Part shown: piece after piece, positions 23,952 to 27,180 of the stretch | Position numbering within the stretch: position 1 is the stretch's first letter | Layout of the letters: the number at the start of each line of letters is the position of its first letter | Virus record (IMG/VR): IMGVR_UViG_3300044805_000052 | Coordinates: 1-27,180 of that record | Reading direction: 5' to 3' (one strand) | From: a virus | Taxonomy: Duplodnaviria > Caudoviricetes | Length of the DNA stretch: 27,180 bases | Position numbers and translations under genes: made by a program | Notes under the pieces: generated by a model | Told to the model about the DNA's origin: nothing | Databases searched by the model: none | The model's input: the letters and a program-made list of their open reading frames with translations, nothing else

Positions 23952-24224
23952 TCACCACTTTACCTTATCCGCCCAGTAAGCAGCGCTTAGCTTACCTTTG
24001 GCGATGTTGCTAGCGTGTCTGGCCTTGAATGATGCCCTTCTGGCCTTGTCTGCTGCTGATTCTCCTGTTCGTGCTGGTGAGCCTGATACGCCCTGCTGAC
24101 CAAACCTAATCAGCTTGATGGTATCGCCGTCTTTGGCAAGTACCGCATGAGATTTGTTTGGGTTGCCGGGTGTGCGCTTGGGTTTGTTGTAACCCTCAAA
24201 CTGCTCGCCGCGATAGGTGATCAC
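23952..24224 (-). CDS. small basic hypothetical protein (90 aa)
   Basis: GTGA coupling; KLIRFGQQG...RRASFKARH...SAAYWA..VKW. Confidence 0.8.
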   Translation of the reverse strand: MITYRGEQFEGYNKPKRTPGNPNKSHAVLAKDGDTIKLIRFGQQGVSGSPARTGESAADKARRASFKARHASNIAKGKLSAAYWADKVKW

Positions 24225-24391
24225 TTCTTCTTGTGCTTAGGCTTCTTGGCAGTCTTAGCCGCAGCCTTGAATGCAGCAGTAGATGGCCTACCGGCTTCAC
24301 CCTTGCGCGCCATGCGCTCCTTGCTGCCAGCTTCAATGCGCTCGCGCTTTGCGTTGATGTTGGCGTACAGGCCTGGTTTCTTTAGTGGCAT
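24221..24391 (-). CDS. small very basic protein (56 aa)
   Basis: ATG 24391 with GAGGA upstream; KPGLYANINAKRERI...AAFKAAAKTAKK. Confidence 0.75.
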   Translation of the reverse strand: MPLKKPGLYANINAKRERIEAGSKERMARKGEAGRPSTAAFKAAAKTAKKPKHKKK

Positions 24392-24560
24392 GACGCCATT
24401 CCTCAATGCCTAGTAGCAGGCTAGCGCCATCTGCTGTTGCCCAGCCCTTGTCGGTGTAGATCGCCGGCACCCACGCCTCACCTGCTAATGCCTCAACAGG
24501 ATCAGAGCTGACCGTAAACAGTCCCTCGTTGCGAAAATGCCGGAGGCTAGGCAGGTCCAT
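24333..24560 (-). CDS. hypothetical protein (75 aa, MDLPSLRHF...)
   Basis: ATG at 24560 lies within the 10-bp repeat; protein-like WVPAIYTDKGW core. Confidence 0.7.
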   Translation of the reverse strand: MDLPSLRHFRNEGLFTVSSDPVEALAGEAWVPAIYTDKGWATADGASLLLGIEEWRHATKETRPVRQHQRKARAH

Positions 24561-24562
24561 AT

Positions 24563-24590
24563 TTGTCTTGCAGCGGCGCCATGGTATCAT
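24563..24590 (+). promoter_or_regulatory. sigma70-type promoter for the antisense gene, probably leaderless
   Basis: TTGTCT (24563-24568), 16-nt spacer, TATCAT (24585-24590) with an extended TG; ATG starts 7 nt after the -10. Confidence 0.55.
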
Positions 24591-24596
24591 AGCTTC

Positions 24597-24881
24597 ATGC
24601 CTGAGATTACGGTTCAAACGGAAGAGGGCCCTGTAAAGCTGTCTCACTTAGGACGAGAGCTTGAGCTGGTGGCCGGTCAAGGCGCTAATGCGAAAAGATG
24701 GTGGCAAATGTTTAGGATTCGACCACCTATTGGCGTTGATGGTCATTTGCTATTCCCCGAAGATTGCTCATTACGAGACGTGATAGAAGCTATTGGAATG
24801 GAGTTAAGCAAGGAAGAAGGCGAAAGGTTGCTCAAAATTCTGCCTCCATTGCCGGCAATTCCAGCAAATGCTACTCCTTAA
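24597..24881 (+). CDS. candidate immunity protein for the MuF C-terminal domain (94 aa)
   Basis: Fills the gap after the MuF stop on the opposite strand; shares TTAA stop codons with MuF; inside the repeat-bounded cassette. Confidence 0.65.
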   Translation: MPEITVQTEEGPVKLSHLGRELELVAGQGANAKRWWQMFRIRPPIGVDGHLLFPEDCSLRDVIEAIGMELSKEEGERLLKILPPLPAIPANATP

Positions 24882-27163
24882 GGCAGTACATCAAAAAAAC
24901 CAACTACTGCTCGGAATAAATCAGGGTGCTTTTGGTAAAGGCCCGCCATGCTATCGGGAGTAGCAAATTGCTCCATAGCCATTGTCCAGACTTCAGTAGA
25001 TATATATCCTTTATCATTTGTGTATTGTTTGCCCATGTACGGTGACAAGTAATTATCGGCCCAAGCAGTTTCTTGAGCTTGATATCCGCCAAATGGCACC
25101 ATGTCATTGAGCTTGTATCTTGGCTTTCCTTCTAGCATATTTTCAACAACTTGTTTTTGCAAGCTAGGATGATTCGCTGAATACGCTTTGTTTTTAGACC
25201 ATTCCCTAGCCCATCGCCCTAGCCATGGGCGCTGTGCCTCTACAGTATGACCAATTTCATGAAACAATACAGCTTTACCTCGTTCCCCAATTGGTATGTG
25301 GACTAATCCTTCGCCTACAACGTTAAACCCACGAACATCGCCAATATCTTGTTGAATTAGTTTTACAGCAGGTGCCCATTGTGTTCCTTGGCTAGGCTTC
25401 AGTCCTTCGCCTTTGAACATACGCGCATATTCTTGCGCATCAGCAAGCATTCGTTTTTTATTTTTGGCCGCTTCAATTAAACTGTTGCCATTATCCAAAA
25501 ATGTTAGGTTTGAATTATTAGCGGTAAGCAAATCCGCTTCTGCTTTGCTTAACCCTCGGCGAATCATTGACGCTTTTATTTTCTTAGATGCGCTAACCAT
25601 TGACTGCTGCCCGCGTTGCGCTCGCACATACGAACCCGTTAATGTAGATTCAATTTTTTTAAGCAATGCATTCCGCTCTCGCAAGCTCATAGTAGTATCG
25701 GCAAGCACTTGTTTTTTCCGTGCCAATAGTTGTGGCAGCACGCGTTTATATCTTTCCACAACAGCTCGGCCGCCATCCATCCCCTGCCCATATTGCTTGA
25801 TTATTGCAGCTCCCGCATTATCCATTTGTTGCCCTTTAATGCGCCATTCAGGCGTTGGTTCAATCCTTGCTACTGGTTGAGCTTGTCGTTTTAATTTTGG
25901 TGTTGGATCTTGCGGTTGCTTGTTTGTAGAACTAGGCGGATTGGGTTGTTTGGTTTTTACAGGTCCATAGCGTTTGCGTAATTGCTCCAAGGTTAGCTCA
26001 GAGCCATCGTCCCGAACCAGCTTGGCCATTGCATCCTTGGCGCCGTACTTATCGGCCAGTTTGTTGAAGTATGCAACCTTGCCAGGGCCTAGCGCATCAG
26101 CTTGCACGCTGCGTGGTTGCTTTGCTAACCACTCGCCATAGCTTTGATTGATTGGCACCTGGCCATCCTTGCTGGCCCGTGTTGCCGTAGTTGATGGCGG
26201 CAGGATGTCTGGGTCGATAATCGGCACTGTTGTCGAGCGGCAGTTGAAGTGCTGCGGCGGCATCGGACCTTTGCCATACTCAAACTCACGGCCATCCAAT
26301 GCAGCGCACCTAGCACTGGTCCTAGTGTCAAGCGTGGCGACGTAGCGGTACTTCTTGGTGATGTCTTGGTTGGCTTCATATACCTGCTGGCTGGCGGTAT
26401 TGGCTACTTGGTTGATGCTGGTGCGTACTAGCGTGATGATCTGATTGTCAGCTACGGCTGTCGCTTGCCCGCCTGCTGCTACCAGTTGCCGAACGGTCTT
26501 TGCTTCCTCGCCAAATTGCAAGTTGCCAATCAACCGCTTAGCGATGTCGGGTGTGGTTTCACCTGTCAGCAGCCCCTGCCGCACCACCTGGCTAAACCGC
26601 TCGGCTTGGTCTACGGCAAGACCGCGAAATGCCTTGGTGATGACCTCACCATTGGGCAGCGTGATAGTGGCACCCTTGGCAGCGGTCAAGTTAAACACAC
26701 CAGTGCCAGCTTGACGTGCTAATGCTTCCGCGCCTTCTACTGCTGCAAACAGGTCATCGCTCAGCGCCACTACGTTGAGCTGTGTCGGGTCAGTGGTGAC
26801 CACCGACTGCGCAAACTGCGGGCTGATCTCAACGGTGCGCACTGCATCACGGCTGCCGGCAGGTAGCGCCTTGCGCAGTTCTTCAGTGACAAACTCAGAT
26901 TGCAGCTCCGCTAAGCCTTGCAGCTCAGTTGCGGTTAGCTCGGTTGCGTCACCTGCCCACCCGGCTAGCGACTCCTTAAGTTGTGCCAATATGCCGCGCA
27001 ACCTAGCAGCCTTAACTGGTGCGGCTAGATCATCAATGGTGCGTAGCTGGTTGACGCTATCAATGATGATGTCGTTATATGCATTAATGACACGCCGCGC
27101 CACGCTATTGCTATAGCGGTTAAGGTCTATTGCATTGCGATATAGCGACTCTGGTGTGCTCAT
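24878..27163 (-). CDS. MuF / SPP1 gp7-family minor head protein with C-terminal HExxH zinc metallopeptidase (polymorphic toxin-like) extension
   Basis: YVATLDTRTS..CAALDG...PPQHFNCRS (MuF); Pro/Lys/Gln linker after aa ~401; LFHEIGH (H635-H639) and TEVWTMAME (E724). Confidence 0.9.
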   Translation of the reverse strand: MSTPESLYRNAIDLNRYSNSVARRVINAYNDIIIDSVNQLRTIDDLAAPVKAARLRGILAQLKESLAGWAGDATELTATELQGLAELQSEFVTEELRKALPAGSRDAVRTVEISPQFAQSVVTTDPTQLNVVALSDDLFAAVEGAEALARQAGTGVFNLTAAKGATITLPNGEVITKAFRGLAVDQAERFSQVVRQGLLTGETTPDIAKRLIGNLQFGEEAKTVRQLVAAGGQATAVADNQIITLVRTSINQVANTASQQVYEANQDITKKYRYVATLDTRTSARCAALDGREFEYGKGPMPPQHFNCRSTTVPIIDPDILPPSTTATRASKDGQVPINQSYGEWLAKQPRSVQADALGPGKVAYFNKLADKYGAKDAMAKLVRDDGSELTLEQLRKRYGPVKTKQPNPPSSTNKQPQDPTPKLKRQAQPVARIEPTPEWRIKGQQMDNAGAAIIKQYGQGMDGGRAVVERYKRVLPQLLARKKQVLADTTMSLRERNALLKKIESTLTGSYVRAQRGQQSMVSASKKIKASMIRRGLSKAEADLLTANNSNLTFLDNGNSLIEAAKNKKRMLADAQEYARMFKGEGLKPSQGTQWAPAVKLIQQDIGDVRGFNVVGEGLVHIPIGERGKAVLFHEIGHTVEAQRPWLGRWAREWSKNKAYSANHPSLQKQVVENMLEGKPRYKLNDMVPFGGYQAQETAWADNYLSPYMGKQYTNDKGYISTEVWTMAMEQFATPDSMAGLYQKHPDLFRAVVGFFDVLP

Positions 27164-27180
27164 GGCTCAATGCCTAGATC

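Larger units (their letters stand above)
24552..25969. mobile_element. direct-repeat-bounded toxin/immunity-like cassette inserted at the MuF 3' end
   Basis: CAGGTCCATA at 24552-24561 and 25960-25969; AT-richer interior; no recombinase gene inside. Confidence 0.65.

Noticed and set aside
24552-25969. Cassette as an IS element, intron or intein
   Set aside because: No transposase, terminal inverted repeats, splicing motifs or homing endonuclease motifs seen; the extension runs to the MuF stop.
27160-27180. 3' end of an upstream gene (...DLGIEP*) coupled to MuF by ATGA
   Set aside because: Only six codons are visible, too little to call.
1-27180. tRNA/rRNA genes, integrase, terminase, portal, host genes
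   Set aside because: None recognised in this window, so prophage versus free phage cannot be decided.

Overview
The window is part of a long-tailed (siphovirus-type) phage or prophage genome. The host is probably a picocyanobacterium (Synechococcus/Cyanobium-like), inferred from the RpoD-type sigma factor and the gene families. The + strand arm (1-4468) carries an RlpA-like gene fragment, an array of small translationally coupled genes built from repeated, shuffled sequence blocks, an HTH/Cys protein and a phage sigma-70 factor. The - strand arm (27163 down to 4416) is a late region: MuF (SPP1 gp7-like) minor head protein, small basic proteins, scaffold, major capsid, decoration and neck proteins, tail tube, tail chaperones, tape measure, lambda-like tail tip (M, L, K, I, J), two fibre+chaperone modules and a lysis cassette with a GH24+M15 endolysin. 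The top signal is a 1.4 kb AT-rich cassette bounded by a 10-bp direct repeat. It fuses an HExxH zinc-metallopeptidase (toxin-like) domain onto MuF and carries an antisense candidate immunity gene with its own putative promoter; removing it precisely restores a 402-aa MuF coupled to the next gene. Other signals are the shuffled early gene array, four C(UGU)G hairpins at the scaffold and capsid starts, a +1-frame tail chaperone extension, nested domain insertions in gpL and an acidic repeat shared by gpL and a neck-region protein. All calls come from reading the sequence by eye; no database searches were run.
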